Source: an uncultured bacterium
GTDB taxonomy: Bacteria > Verrucomicrobiota > Kiritimatiellia > CAIKKV01 > CAIJXV01
Length of the DNA: 64,000 nt
Reading direction: 5' to 3'
Assembly (NCBI GenBank): GCA_903824675.1
Contig: CAIJXV010000093.1
Span: 67,376-131,375, forward strand
Part shown: positions 1 to 10,642 of the stretch, piece after piece
How the letters are laid out: the number at the start of each line of letters is the position of its first letter
Numbering within the stretch: the stretch's first letter is position 1
Made by a program: the position numbers and the translations under genes
Notes under the pieces: generated by a model
The model's database searches: none
Told to the model about the DNA's origin: nothing
Seen by the model: only the letters and a program-made list of their open reading frames with translations

Positions 1-1276
1 GCGGGACGCGGATACCATTCGCCACCATCCATCGGGCCCATTTACTCATCATGTCCGCCCGGGCCGTATCCGGAGAATCAGGACCACTCGCGTTCTTGAC
101 GGGAGAAAACTCCTCCGTCCGGTCGAAATCGACCACCAATACGCGCCGGGCATCCGGAAGCGCATCGAAAATGAATTTCTCGAACTTATAGGCATTGGGG
201 CGATCGGGTTTTTGCGCACAACCTTGTGCATCGCAAAAAGGAACTTTTTTGTGGGCCGAATGTAGGGGCAATCCGATTCGGGCTTCCTGGGCCAGAAATT
301 CAAGATCGAACACATGGATAGCCACACTGCCGTATTTGAATTTCAACTCCCCCGCGGCATCCCGGGCATGTTTTTGTTCCCGTGTCAGCTCGGTGTATTC
401 GACCATCGCATACTCCCCCCCCCGCCGCACCACAACCCCCATCCCTTCCTCGGGATCCCGCTTGGCACAAACCTTCAAGGACATCTGGGCTTTCGCCCGC
501 AAATGCAAGCCGATGAACTCCGGATCCGCAATGTCAACCAGGGGATTATCCACTTGAAAATAAAAAAGGGTTTTTATGCCCCGGCGGCACATGTCATCCA
601 ACATTCCGGTCCGTTGCAAAGCAGCCAACACACCCCCATGTCCATCCGGTGCTTGAAACAGACGGTCGGGCGCTTCCAACACAATCCGTCCGTCGGGCCA
701 GAGGGCGGGATACATCCCCTGTGCAAAGAAACACACCTCGGACGAAGGCAGGCCAAAGAAATTGTTGCGATCAAAAAAGGCACGGGTCTCGGCATCATTG
801 GCCTGACTGGTCATGACATAAAACGGCAGGGGTTTCCCAAAGGTTCGCCGGCAGGCTAATATTTTACGTGCATGAATGGCGAACAGGGAAGCCTTGCTCA
901 ACGGCCCCAATGCAAAGGTTCCTTTCGGTCCCTCAAATCCCAAGCGGGTCCCCTGCCCACCCGCCACCAACAAAACTCCCACTTCCCCCCGCCGCAAAGC
1001 CTGTTCCCCCAGGTCTCGCGCTGCCGCTCGATCCTCATTGGACAGGCTTTCCGGCGGAACCGATGTCACCTCAGCCATCGGATTCGTCGGGATAGAGGCC
1101 GGCATCAAACCGGGAAGCGATTCCTTCATCTTTACGAGAAGGGCCAGATCCAGGGCGGCAATCTGCTCCAACAAGGTTTGACGCGAGCCGGCATCGAGCC
1201 GACTCCAAAATTCCAATAGCTGCTCTTGCTGACACGCCGCCAACCGGGCACGGGCTTCTTCATAGGTCAAAGACAT
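1..1276 (-). CDS. UDPGP type 1 family / UDP-N-acetylglucosamine pyrophosphorylase-like protein (3' end runs off the window; absent from ORF track)
   Basis: Manual translation from ATG at 1276 gives MSLTYEEARARLAACQQEQLLEFWSRLD...VLLVAGGQGTRLGFEGPKG...KFEKFIFDALP...EEFSPVKNASGPDSP, the signature motifs of the UAP1/UDPGP family. Confidence 0.9.
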   Translation of the reverse strand, partial: MSLTYEEARARLAACQQEQLLEFWSRLDAGSRQTLLEQIAALDLALLVKMKESLPGLMPASIPTNPMAEVTSVPPESLSNEDRAAARDLGEQALRRGEVGVLLVAGGQGTRLGFEGPKGTFALGPLSKASLFAIHARKILACRRTFGKPLPFYVMTSQANDAETRAFFDRNNFFGLPSSEVCFFAQGMYPALWPDGRIVLEAPDRLFQAPDGHGGVLAALQRTGMLDDMCRRGIKTLFYFQVDNPLVDIADPEFIGLHLRAKAQMSLKVCAKRDPEEGMGVVVRRGGEYAMVEYTELTREQKHARDAAGELKFKYGSVAIHVFDLEFLAQEARIGLPLHSAHKKVPFCDAQGCAQKPDRPNAYKFEKFIFDALPDARRVLVVDFDRTEEFSPVKNASGPDSPDTARADMMSKWARWMVANGIRVP

Positions 1277-1292
1277 CGTCTTCTAACGCCTC

Positions 1293-4200
1293 TTATTTGG
1301 GAGTTCCGGTTTCATGCCGCAACCTCAACAGGACATTGCGTTCATTCGGATCCAATGTATCCGTCCGCTCCAGTAATCGGGCAATGAGCGGCTGCGCCTT
1401 ATCGGTGAAGCCTTGAGCAGCATACACTTCGGCCAGATGAACTTGGATCGACATCAGGTCGGCATTCAGAGACACGGCCTTCAACAGGGCGGACTCGCTG
1501 TCAGCCAGACGCCCCCGCTTCAGCAGGATGACGCCCAAGGTGTCCCAGGCGGGCGCCATCAGGGGATTCCGTTCCAGTGCCTCCCGCACCAGGGTTTCGG
1601 CCTCATCGAGCACGCCCCGCGTTTGAAGCAACCACGCCAGGTCATTCAAGGTTTCGTTTTTACGCTCACGGGCAAGACTGCGACGATAGGAAGCTTCCGC
1701 CAAAGTGACTTGCAGGCGGCGAAATTGCAGCGATCCCAAAATGTAATTCGCATCGGCATGATCCGGATCGATCTCCAGTAATTGCCGGACCCGGGCTTCG
1801 GCCCCTTCGGGCCGGTTCATCCGGACATCTAATTGCAACATCAGCCCGAGCAGCGTGACATTACGCGATTGTTGAACAAGGGCCTGCTCAAAAAAGCGGC
1901 GGGCATTTTCAAGGTTCTGCCGATCCATGGCGATCAAGCCCTGAAGAATCAGACCGGCAAAGGTCGGGTGGGCCGCCTGCTCGATCTGTTTCAAACACTC
2001 TTGTAAGCCCGCCTCATCCTGGCTGGAATAATGGACCGCCGCCAGCAATATCCAGGCTGATTGGTTATGCGGATTCAACTCAACCAACTCCTGCAGTTGC
2101 ACCCGTGCCCGATCGAGTTCGCCGGTCGCCAGGTAAATCTGAACCCACGCCAGAGCGGTTCGCTCCCGGGAGGCACCCATTTTTTCGAGACGGGTCAATA
2201 CCTCGCCGGCACCGGCATAATCCTTCGCCCGAATCCGGGTCTGGGCGAGGCCGAACAAGGCATTCCGGTTGTCAGGCGTTTGAGCCAGAACCTCGTTGTA
2301 GAGTTCGGCACTTTCCTGGGGCTGGTCCTGCACCAGATACACGGCCGCCAGAAGTTGCTTGAGCCGGGGAGCATTTTCGCCTTTTAAGCTAATGGCCCGG
2401 CGCAACCCGGAAACGGCCATTCCAGGATAACCCGAGACCGCCCAGGACAAGCCGATGTCGGCGAAAGCCTCAGGCATCCGCACATAGCCATAGGATCGGG
2501 CCAGCGACCAAACCCGGGCCTTTTGCCGTCCATCCCGAGAAAGCGCATCCACTTTTTGGATGATTTCCTGGCGGGCTGGAAAATCTCCACCTGCTTTGGC
2601 CAGAACATATTGATTCAACAAGGCACTGATATTGTCGCTATCCAGCTCGCGGGCTCGGACATAGGCTTCATAGGCAGGCGAGGCCTGACCATGATCCTCC
2701 AGCCACACGCCGAAATTATTGGCCTCCATGCTCAAGTGCCGGCCGATAAAAGCAGAAAATATTCGAGCATGATTCGGCTGAAGGGCCGCCGCCTTTAAGG
2801 AGGGAATTTCCTGTTCCCAGAAGGACCGATGGGCATCTATCAGGGCCGATGGGGAAACCGGAGCATTGGTTTGCACCCCCAAATAGAGGGTCCGATGAGG
2901 AAGATAATCCAATCCTGCTGAAAACCATAAATCAGGCATGCTGAAAATCGCCACCGTTTGCGAAATCTCCGGACCGGATTTGAGCCATTCCTGCATAAAG
3001 GCCATCAGGCTGACTTCCGCGAGGCTTTTCAGATTGGAATCGGTAAGGCGAGACGCGAGATGATGCCGATAGACCGAATCGTTACCCCGGGTTTGATCCA
3101 GAAGCTCGACAGAGACACCCCGGTCATGGGCTGCGATCAGAATATTATTGTCGATTTCCCCGGAGGTAATCAGCCAAGTTCGGCCCTGAAGGTCGTCCAC
3201 CACCTGGCGAGCCAGGTGATTGATGAGCGCCGCCGGTCGCGCATCGGCCTCGTTCCAATTCAAGCGCACGCCGTACCCGGCCAATCCCGTCAGGATCACA
3301 GCCAGGACGACTCCCACACCGACCCGCAAACGCCGTAATCCTGGCCGGTCCTCCAAGGGCCCACCCCAGTTCATCGGCAACAAAAACCAGTATGCCACCA
3401 AATATCCGTAATAGGCCGCCGCCAGCAGATAGGGCGTGACCACGATCATCCCGAACCCTAGAAGACGCCAGGGACTGATACCGGTATTAAATAGAACCGC
3501 AAGCCCCACGGCCGTCATGAGCAGATGCAGCAGATAAAAACTCCAGTCGCGTTCCTCGTTCAACCCCCGGCGGCCCACCAGGAGCGCGGTCATCCACGGG
3601 ATGATGGTCACCAGGCCCACCAGGAGCCATCCTACTTTAGGAAGGCCTTGCAGAATTTGCCGGTATTGCATTTTAAAAATAGCCCATACCGCCGGCCATA
3701 GCCCGTTAATATCATACAATCGGGCGGTTTCGGTCCCGGAAAAAACCCAAGCGACCCATACATAGGCGCCGAGTCCCACCACGCCACAGAAAAGGGTCGG
3801 CAGAATGATACGCATTTCAAGCCGTTGGGCCCGCCACAAGGTCACCAGCAGATAAATGCCGAAAAATGGGATGAACACAAAGAGGACCGCCGACTCAACC
3901 AGGCACACCCCGTACAAAAAAGCAAAAAGGAAGATCCAAATCCGGCGAAAAGAACGGGTGAATATCTGCAGTAAAGCCGTCAAACCCAATAGCAGAAGGA
4001 GGTCGAACGGTTCGCTGAATGCCCGAGTGGAAACCACCCAGTAAGGCATGCAAAACGCCAGAAACAGGGCGGCGGACAGCCCCGCCCAAAAACCCGCCAC
4101 CCGGGCCACTGACGCCGAATATACGCCCTCATTCTCCACCAGGCGGACAATCGCTTCCTGCATGATCTGGTAACACAACCCAACCCCGATCGCTCCAAAA

Positions 4201-4445
4201 ACCAGACTCGCCAGATTGTAGGCATGGGCCAGATCCCCGTGCCCGAAATATTGAAAGGGTTTCAGCGCCAAAGCCCATAATGGATGCGCGGCGGAGGACA
4301 TACCTAACAACCCGGAAACCTGGGCGATCAGTAAAGCCGAATCATTGGGATAGGCACCGGAACTGAGGGTCTTCCAATAAACCATTCCAGCCATGAAAGC
4401 CAAGAGTGGACCGATTCCGGCCGATGGCCGGAGTTTTAACTTCAT
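1293..4445 (-). CDS. Multi-pass membrane protein (DUF2723/TMEM260-like GT-C-type N-terminus) with long C-terminal TPR array
   Basis: N-terminal YPNDSALLIAQ...AAHPLW followed by about 10 hydrophobic helices, then many TPR-like repeats (e.g. PDNRNALFGLA, PHNQSAWILLA, PDHADANYILG). Start moved to 4445, which has an AGGAGA RBS. Confidence 0.75.
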   Translation of the reverse strand: MKLKLRPSAGIGPLLAFMAGMVYWKTLSSGAYPNDSALLIAQVSGLLGMSSAAHPLWALALKPFQYFGHGDLAHAYNLASLVFGAIGVGLCYQIMQEAIVRLVENEGVYSASVARVAGFWAGLSAALFLAFCMPYWVVSTRAFSEPFDLLLLLGLTALLQIFTRSFRRIWIFLFAFLYGVCLVESAVLFVFIPFFGIYLLVTLWRAQRLEMRIILPTLFCGVVGLGAYVWVAWVFSGTETARLYDINGLWPAVWAIFKMQYRQILQGLPKVGWLLVGLVTIIPWMTALLVGRRGLNEERDWSFYLLHLLMTAVGLAVLFNTGISPWRLLGFGMIVVTPYLLAAAYYGYLVAYWFLLPMNWGGPLEDRPGLRRLRVGVGVVLAVILTGLAGYGVRLNWNEADARPAALINHLARQVVDDLQGRTWLITSGEIDNNILIAAHDRGVSVELLDQTRGNDSVYRHHLASRLTDSNLKSLAEVSLMAFMQEWLKSGPEISQTVAIFSMPDLWFSAGLDYLPHRTLYLGVQTNAPVSPSALIDAHRSFWEQEIPSLKAAALQPNHARIFSAFIGRHLSMEANNFGVWLEDHGQASPAYEAYVRARELDSDNISALLNQYVLAKAGGDFPARQEIIQKVDALSRDGRQKARVWSLARSYGYVRMPEAFADIGLSWAVSGYPGMAVSGLRRAISLKGENAPRLKQLLAAVYLVQDQPQESAELYNEVLAQTPDNRNALFGLAQTRIRAKDYAGAGEVLTRLEKMGASRERTALAWVQIYLATGELDRARVQLQELVELNPHNQSAWILLAAVHYSSQDEAGLQECLKQIEQAAHPTFAGLILQGLIAMDRQNLENARRFFEQALVQQSRNVTLLGLMLQLDVRMNRPEGAEARVRQLLEIDPDHADANYILGSLQFRRLQVTLAEASYRRSLARERKNETLNDLAWLLQTRGVLDEAETLVREALERNPLMAPAWDTLGVILLKRGRLADSESALLKAVSLNADLMSIQVHLAEVYAAQGFTDKAQPLIARLLERTDTLDPNERNVLLRLRHETGTPK

Positions 4446-4548
4446 GGGCGGATCTCCTGTTTTTCCATAACCCCTTAACCATGCCATTTTATGGTTTTTT
4501 TTCCAAGCCCAAAGGCGCCGTCGCAGGTCCCTGCCACTGGGAAGATTC

Positions 4549-4577
4549 TTGCCAAAAGGCGGATGAGACGCTAGGAT
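4549..4577 (+). promoter_or_regulatory. Putative sigma70 promoter for panD
   Basis: TTGCCA-N17-TAGGAT upstream of the AGGAG RBS. Confidence 0.45.
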
Positions 4578-4601
4578 GCACGCCGTTTTGAGGAGTTCGC
4601 C

Positions 4602-4964
4602 ATGCAATCTTTCATGTTGAAGGCCAAAATTCATCATGCCCGCGTCACCCAGGCGGAGCTGGACTACGACGGCAGTCTGACGATTGACTCCCGGATCATG
4701 GATTTGGTCAAAATAGTTCCCTTCGAAAAAGTGCTCGTAGCCAACCTGGAAAACGGGAACCGATTTGAGACCTATGCCATCTCCGGCGAGCCGGGATCAG
4801 GAACGATCTGCCTGAATGGGGCCACCGCACGCCTCGGCAAGGTCGGGGATCGCATCATCATCTTTACGTTTGCCCTCATGTCCACCGATGAAGCCGCTAA
4901 TCACAAGCCCTTGATCGTTCGGCTTGATGCCAAAAATCGGCCGGAACAAATGATCGCCACCTGA
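4602..4964 (+). CDS. panD: Aspartate 1-decarboxylase
   Basis: MLKAKIHHARVT...YDGSLTID (Gly-Ser autocleavage site), RFETYAI, NGATAR. Confidence 0.96.
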   Translation: MQSFMLKAKIHHARVTQAELDYDGSLTIDSRIMDLVKIVPFEKVLVANLENGNRFETYAISGEPGSGTICLNGATARLGKVGDRIIIFTFALMSTDEAANHKPLIVRLDAKNRPEQMIAT

Positions 4965-4971
4965 TGATTCT

Positions 4972-4991
4972 CCGGACCCGCAGAGGTCCGG
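4972..4991. terminator. Hairpin between the convergent panD and clpX stop codons
   Basis: CCGGACC-cgcaga-GGTCCGG perfect 7-bp stem; no clear U-tract. Confidence 0.35.
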
Positions 4992-6245
4992 TCAGGCCAC
5001 CTGCTGGCCACCTTCATCCAGGAGTGCCTTCCGGGCGCAAACCATTTCCCGGGTAATTTTAAATACCTTGAGATTTTTTCGCCGGGGCGCCTCAAACATG
5101 GCCTCGAGCATGAGTTGCTCAAAAATAGCTCGCAATCCCCGCGCACCGGTACGTTTTTTCACCGCCAACCGGGCCAATTCTTGCAAGGCGGAATCTTCAA
5201 CCGTTAGGGAAATCCCCTCCATGGCAAACAATTTCTGGTATTGCCGAACCAGGCAATTTTTCGGTTGAATCAAGATATTGACCAAATCCGCCTCATTTAA
5301 ATCATTCATCATGGATACCACGGGTAAACGACCGACAAATTCGGGAATCAATCCGTATTTGACCAGATCCTCCGGCTCCACCGTCCCCGCCAGCGTCTCT
5401 ACCGAAACCCCGTGGGACTCACTCTCAGGATTCGCGAACCCCAAATGATGTCGGCCGGTGCGGTGACTCAAAACCGTATCCAATCCGACAAAGGCTCCTC
5501 CGCAGATAAATAAAATATGGGAGGTATCGATTTTGATATACTCTTGCTGAGGATGCTTCCGGCCGCCTTGTGGGGGCACATTGGCAACCGTCCCTTCCAG
5601 AATCTTCAACAGGGCTTGCTGCACACCTTCCCCCGACACATCCCGGGTGATCGAAACATTGTCTGTTTTTCGGGCAATCTTGTCGATTTCATCGATATAA
5701 ACAATCCCGCGTTGGGCACGGGCAATGTCAAAATCCGCCGACTGAATCAGACGCAAAAGGATATTTTCAACATCCTCCCCGACATACCCCGCTTCGGTCA
5801 ATGTCGTCGCATCCGAAATACTGAAAGGCACATCCAAACACCGGGCGAGGGTTTTGGCCAGAAGGGTTTTCCCCGTCCCCGTAGGCCCGATCAGCAAGAT
5901 GTTGCTTTTTTCGATTTCGACATCAGCATACGCCTCCGACATGGGTGACGAAGCCGTGTTTTGCTGCAGCCGCTTGTAGTGATTATGCACTGCGACCGAC
6001 AAAACCTTTTTGGGCTGGGTCTGTCCCACCACGTACTGGTTAAGAAATTCGAAGATCTCGTGGGGCTTCGGCACCTTTAAGGCGGCAATGGCAGGCCCGG
6101 GGGGCGGCGTCTCGCTAAGCATCGTATTGCACAGCAACACACATTGATCACAGATCATTACGCCGGGACCGGCGATAAGACGACGGACTTCTTTCTCCGA
6201 CTTACCACAAAAAGAACAATGGGTCTGATCCGCACGTTTGGCCAT
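4992..6245 (-). CDS. clpX: ATP-dependent Clp protease ATP-binding subunit ClpX
   Basis: Zinc finger CSFCGK...CDQC, Walker [31 protein letters not shown]. Start at 6245 follows a GGAGGG RBS. Confidence 0.97.
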   Translation of the reverse strand: MAKRADQTHCSFCGKSEKEVRRLIAGPGVMICDQCVLLCNTMLSETPPPGPAIAALKVPKPHEIFEFLNQYVVGQTQPKKVLSVAVHNHYKRLQQNTASSPMSEAYADVEIEKSNILLIGPTGTGKTLLAKTLARCLDVPFSISDATTLTEAGYVGEDVENILLRLIQSADFDIARAQRGIVYIDEIDKIARKTDNVSITRDVSGEGVQQALLKILEGTVANVPPQGGRKHPQQEYIKIDTSHILFICGGAFVGLDTVLSHRTGRHHLGFANPESESHGVSVETLAGTVEPEDLVKYGLIPEFVGRLPVVSMMNDLNEADLVNILIQPKNCLVRQYQKLFAMEGISLTVEDSALQELARLAVKKRTGARGLRAIFEQLMLEAMFEAPRRKNLKVFKITREMVCARKALLDEGGQQVA

Positions 6246-6274
6246 GATCCGCTCCCTCCAGGTCTGTTCGCCGA

Positions 6275-6892
6275 TTAAGTTTTGCTCGCGACGTCCCGTT
6301 GGGATGTCAACACGGAATCGATCAATCCATAATCGCACGCCTCGACGGCGGACATGAAATTATCGCGATCGGTATCGCGCTCGATACTTTCCACGGGTTT
6401 GCGGGTGTGAGTGGCCAGAATGCCATTCAATCGATCTCGTAGCCGCAGGATTTCACGCGCCTGAATGCTGATATCCGAGGCCGCGCCCTGAACCCCGCCC
6501 CAAGGCTGGTGAATCATGATCCGCGCGTTGGGTAAGGCATACCGCTTGCCGCGCGTCCCGGCGGCCACCAATACGGCACCCATGCTGGCCGCCTGCCCCA
6601 CACAATAGGTCGCCACATCGCATTTGACAAACTGCATCGTGTCATAAATCGCCAGACCGGCAGTCACTGAACCCCCGGGCGAGTTGATGTAAATTCCGAT
6701 ATCCTTTTCCGGATCTTCACTCTGCAAGAACAGGAGTTGGGCAATGACCAGATTGCTGACATCGTCGTCAATCCCCGTCCCAATGAAAATAATGCGCTCC
6801 TTGAGCAAACGCGAATAAATATCGTAGGCCCGTTCTCCCCGCCCGCTCTGTTCAACCACCATGGGCACCAGCATCTGATTCATCCCTTTCAT
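6275..6892 (-). CDS. clpP: ATP-dependent Clp protease proteolytic subunit
   Basis: [45 protein letters not shown] overlap with the tig stop. Confidence 0.97.
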   Translation of the reverse strand: MKGMNQMLVPMVVEQSGRGERAYDIYSRLLKERIIFIGTGIDDDVSNLVIAQLLFLQSEDPEKDIGIYINSPGGSVTAGLAIYDTMQFVKCDVATYCVGQAASMGAVLVAAGTRGKRYALPNARIMIHQPWGGVQGAASDISIQAREILRLRDRLNGILATHTRKPVESIERDTDRDNFMSAVEACDYGLIDSVLTSQRDVASKT

Positions 6893-8220
6893 TGGTCGGT
6901 TTCCTTCCGGGGAACTTCGCCCCCAGCCGCATGGGTCAAGATCATCTGCAATGTTTTCTGGGCGCGCAAGTCATCCTGCATCGAGTCCTCAAGATGCTCT
7001 TTTTCGATCCGTTGCCGGACTTTGGCCACGGTCGTCTCCATCCGTTGGGCCAAAATCTCATATTCCCGCGCCACCTCTTCGTCCGACACCACGATCTGGT
7101 TGTCATCCGCAATGCGGTGAAGGATGTAATCGAGCTTGACCCGGTCCAACGAACCACGTGAAGCGGATTGATAAAGATCCTGTTGACGCGATTCCAACTC
7201 CGCCTGGGGCACCCCGTTACGCAGATTTTCAAACACCATCCGCCGCAGAATCCGCCGGGTTTCCTGTTCGACCATGGAATCCGGAAGATCGGTCAACAGG
7301 GTGTTTTTCAGAAGCCATTGAACGGCTTCCTCCCGCTGGCGCCCGGCTTCTTCAACCGTGGAATTTCGCAGCTGACTTTCCCGAATCCGGTCCTTCAATT
7401 CCTCCATCGACCCCACTTGCAGTCCCTTGAGGAACTCTTCATTGACTTCTGCCGGCTGCCGCCGACGGACCGTTTTAACCGTCAAATTATATTGCGCTGA
7501 AATTCCAGCCAATTCCTTGACCGAAAAATCAGCCGGGAATGTCACTTCAATTTTCTGGGTATCGCCTTTTTTCAACCCGACCACTGCCTCTAAAAGGCCC
7601 GGCACCGGGCAGGTGGAGGTTCCCAATAAAACCCAGAAATCGACCGCCTCAGCCGTCATTCGATGTTCCGCATCCACACGGCCGGAAAGGGGCGTCCCCC
7701 CGGTTTCACCGGTATAATCCAGTTGCACAAAATCACCCGTTGCGGCGGGTTCGCTGTCGTTTTCCGACAAGGTTCCCCGGCTGAGCCGCAACTCGTTCAA
7801 TCGTTCCTCCACCTGGGCATCGGTCACCTCGATTTTACGGGGCTCGATCTTAATTTGCTTCCAGTCGGGCGGATCGAATACGGGAGCGACATCGACGGTG
7901 AAATTGACCGTAAAGGGCGCCGCACGCAGGGGGGGATCATGTTGGACATTCACAATCGAAACCGGAGCGATTTTCTCCTCCTCCACCATTCCGCGATACG
8001 CCTGCGCCACCAGACGCTCTGCCACCTCTTCGCCAATTTCCCGGGTAAATTTGCGGGCCACCAGCGCGACCGGCGCACGTCCTGGCCGGAAACCGGGCAG
8101 GGCCGCCTTTTTCGCAAAGAATCCCTGGATTGAATCAAATTCGCGTTCTACAGCCTCGGACGCGACTTCCACTTTGACATTTTTCCGGCAGGGCGCCGAT
8201 TGCACAACCGATATATTCAT
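6889..8220 (-). CDS. tig: Trigger factor
   Basis: PGFRPGRAP ribosome-binding motif, FKBP-like middle domain, position upstream of clpP-clpX. Confidence 0.93.
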   Translation of the reverse strand: MNISVVQSAPCRKNVKVEVASEAVEREFDSIQGFFAKKAALPGFRPGRAPVALVARKFTREIGEEVAERLVAQAYRGMVEEEKIAPVSIVNVQHDPPLRAAPFTVNFTVDVAPVFDPPDWKQIKIEPRKIEVTDAQVEERLNELRLSRGTLSENDSEPAATGDFVQLDYTGETGGTPLSGRVDAEHRMTAEAVDFWVLLGTSTCPVPGLLEAVVGLKKGDTQKIEVTFPADFSVKELAGISAQYNLTVKTVRRRQPAEVNEEFLKGLQVGSMEELKDRIRESQLRNSTVEEAGRQREEAVQWLLKNTLLTDLPDSMVEQETRRILRRMVFENLRNGVPQAELESRQQDLYQSASRGSLDRVKLDYILHRIADDNQIVVSDEEVAREYEILAQRMETTVAKVRQRIEKEHLEDSMQDDLRAQKTLQMILTHAAGGEVPRKETDQ

Positions 8221-8256
8221 GACATCCTTTCCCGCTCAATAAAGCTTAGACCCACA

Positions 8257-9900
8257 TTACTCTTTCATGGCCATCAAAAACTCTGCATTACTTTTTGTTT
8301 TTTTAAGCCGCCCCGAAATCAACTCCATGGCCTCCACTGCCGGGACGCCATTGACTGCGCGACGCAAAATCCAAATCTTATTTAATTCGTCGGGATGGAG
8401 CAAGAGTTCTTCGCGTCGTGTCCCCGATTTTTCAATGTTGATGGCAGGGAAAATCCGCTTATCAACCAGGGCTCGGTCGAGTCCCAACTCCATGTTTCCA
8501 GTCCCCTTGAATTCCTCAAAGATCACCTCATCCATCCGGCTTCCGGTATCAACCAACGCCGTGGCCACAATGGTCAGGCTACCCCCGTTTTCAATATTCC
8601 GGGCCGCGCCGAAAAACCGCTTGGGCTTGTGCAGAGCGTTCGCATCCACACCGCCGGAAAGAATTTTTCCGCTATGCGGCTGAAGCGTGTTGTAAGCTCG
8701 GGCCAGACGGGTGATGCTGTCCAATAAAATGGCGACATCCCGGCCGCATTCGACCATTCGCTTGGCCATTTCGATGACCATTTCAGCCACTTGGACATGC
8801 CGTTCGGGCGGTTCATCGAAGGTCGAACTTAAAACATGGGCACTGGTCGTGCGTTCCATATCCGTGACTTCTTCCGGCCGTTCATCGATCAGCAACACGA
8901 TCAGAAAAACTTCCGGGTGATTGGTGGAGATGCTGTTGGCCACCTTTTGCAGCAGGACCGTTTTACCCGTCCGCGGCGGGGCAACAATCAACCCGCGCTG
9001 TCCTTTGCCGATGGGCGTAAAAATATCCATGACCCGCATGGAAATTTCTTCAGGGACGGTTTCCAGGATAAAGCGCTGGTTGGGAAACAAGGGTGTCAAG
9101 TTTTCAAAGGGAACCTTGCTCCGGGTTTGATCCGGATGGGCCCCATTGATTTTATCCACCTTGAATAGAGCAAAAAAACGTTCCTTTTCCTTGGGCGAAC
9201 GGATTTCTCCATCAACCTGGTCGCCGGTTCGCAGTGCGAACCGCCGGATCTGGGCCGGAGACACATAGATATCCTCTGGACAGGGCAGGTAATTATAATT
9301 GGGCGATCGTAAAAAGCCAAACCCATCCGGTAGGATTTCCAGAACCCCCTTGCCAAAGATCGCCCCACCGATCCGTGCATTGGCCCGGAGAATCTCAAAA
9401 ATCAGCTCATGCTTGCGCAAGGCGCCCAATTCCACCAAGCCAAAACTTTCAGCCATCGCCAGTAATTCGGGAACGGGCTTAATCTGCAACTCAAAAATGC
9501 TCAACGCCCGCGGCGTCCCCCGGGTAATCCGCTGATACCCACCGAATTGAGTGGAGGTCGGAGGAGGAGAGGCCGGAGGAGGAGTCGCTTGCGCCGGAGG
9601 CGGAAGGGGATCTCCCGGCTCGGGATTCGACGTCGGGGCCGAGGTCGGCATGGTCTCGGGACTCTGTTCTGTCCGGGGAACGTTGTCCATGGACGGCTTC
9701 ATCTCCGCGGGCTCATCCGGCGTCCGCACCGCCTGAGGCGCAGAAGACTGCGGGGGAGTAGAATCGGTCTCACCCTGACTTTGGGCCTCGGGTTCTTCGC
9801 TCGGAGTAACGGGCCGCATTCGACCTACGCGGAGTACCCGACCACGCGAATGAGGCGGACGCCGGGGCCGTGAATGTTGATTGTCGTGTTTTTCGTCCAT
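8257..9900 (-). CDS. rho: Transcription termination factor Rho with low-complexity N-terminal extension
   Basis: [55 protein letters not shown]. Confidence 0.98.
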   Translation of the reverse strand: MDEKHDNQHSRPRRPPHSRGRVLRVGRMRPVTPSEEPEAQSQGETDSTPPQSSAPQAVRTPDEPAEMKPSMDNVPRTEQSPETMPTSAPTSNPEPGDPLPPPAQATPPPASPPPTSTQFGGYQRITRGTPRALSIFELQIKPVPELLAMAESFGLVELGALRKHELIFEILRANARIGGAIFGKGVLEILPDGFGFLRSPNYNYLPCPEDIYVSPAQIRRFALRTGDQVDGEIRSPKEKERFFALFKVDKINGAHPDQTRSKVPFENLTPLFPNQRFILETVPEEISMRVMDIFTPIGKGQRGLIVAPPRTGKTVLLQKVANSISTNHPEVFLIVLLIDERPEEVTDMERTTSAHVLSSTFDEPPERHVQVAEMVIEMAKRMVECGRDVAILLDSITRLARAYNTLQPHSGKILSGGVDANALHKPKRFFGAARNIENGGSLTIVATALVDTGSRMDEVIFEEFKGTGNMELGLDRALVDKRIFPAINIEKSGTRREELLLHPDELNKIWILRRAVNGVPAVEAMELISGRLKKTKSNAEFLMAMKE

Positions 9901-9901
9901 A

Positions 9902-10498
9902 TTAGTAATCTCCCAGAAAAGTTTTCAATACCCGATCCAATTGTTCAGACACCATTTCAATCGTTCCACCGTTATAAATCACGAAGTCGGCACGTTCCAT
10001 TTTAACCTCCAGCGGCCATTGCGCACGCAACCGGCCAGCCGCATCATCCTCTGTCCACCCCCGCAACCGCATCCGTTCCGCTTGGGCCTCCCGGGGAGCA
10101 GCCACACACACCACTGCCGTCCATGGTTCATCCAATCCGATTTCATACATCAAGGGAATGATTACCACACCCATCCGCGCCCCTTCCGCCTCTCGCGCCA
10201 CCAGCCACTCGAGCCACAGGCGGTTTACCTGAGGATGAATCAATCGGTTCAGCCGGATCCTCTTGCCATCATGGGCAAAGATTTCGCGCCCCAACCGTCC
10301 TCGATCAATAGCGCCATCCGCACCGAGAATTTGCGAACCAAATTCGGCGATTATTTCCGGATAAACCGAAGACGATCGATCCAACAAAGCATGCCCCAGT
10401 TCATCTGCCTCACAAACGGGAAACCCGCGATCCTGCAACACTCGGCCCACTAGACTTTTCCCACACGCAATCCCCCCCGTTATGGCCAATGTTTTCAT
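9902..10498 (-). CDS. coaE: Dephospho-CoA kinase
   Basis: [38 protein letters not shown]. Confidence 0.93.
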   Translation of the reverse strand: MKTLAITGGIACGKSLVGRVLQDRGFPVCEADELGHALLDRSSSVYPEIIAEFGSQILGADGAIDRGRLGREIFAHDGKRIRLNRLIHPQVNRLWLEWLVAREAEGARMGVVIIPLMYEIGLDEPWTAVVCVAAPREAQAERMRLRGWTEDDAAGRLRAQWPLEVKMERADFVIYNGGTIEMVSEQLDRVLKTFLGDY

Positions 10499-10573
10499 GG
10501 ATGAAAGAAAGGAATAGGGGGGAGAATTACTGAATTTGTGGATGAATGTATTACGAACCTAAAGGAGATCATA

Positions 10574-10602
10574 TTTATAGCTGGTTTAGCGAAGACTGTC
10601 AA
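10574..10602 (-). promoter_or_regulatory. Near-consensus sigma70 promoter for coaE-rho-tig-clpP-clpX
   Basis: Minus strand TTGACA-N17-TATAAA. Confidence 0.7.
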
Positions 10603-10642
10603 CCCTGATCCGTGTTTTTTTATCAGCCGACCCCTGTTACCA

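Noticed and set aside
49-1219. Short ORFs listed in the track at the window start
   Set aside because: They overlap the real minus-strand UDP-sugar pyrophosphorylase frame, which the track missed because its stop lies outside the window.
8221-8256. tRNA often found upstream of tig
   Set aside because: Only 36 bp separate rho and tig, and no cloverleaf was found here or in other intergenic regions.
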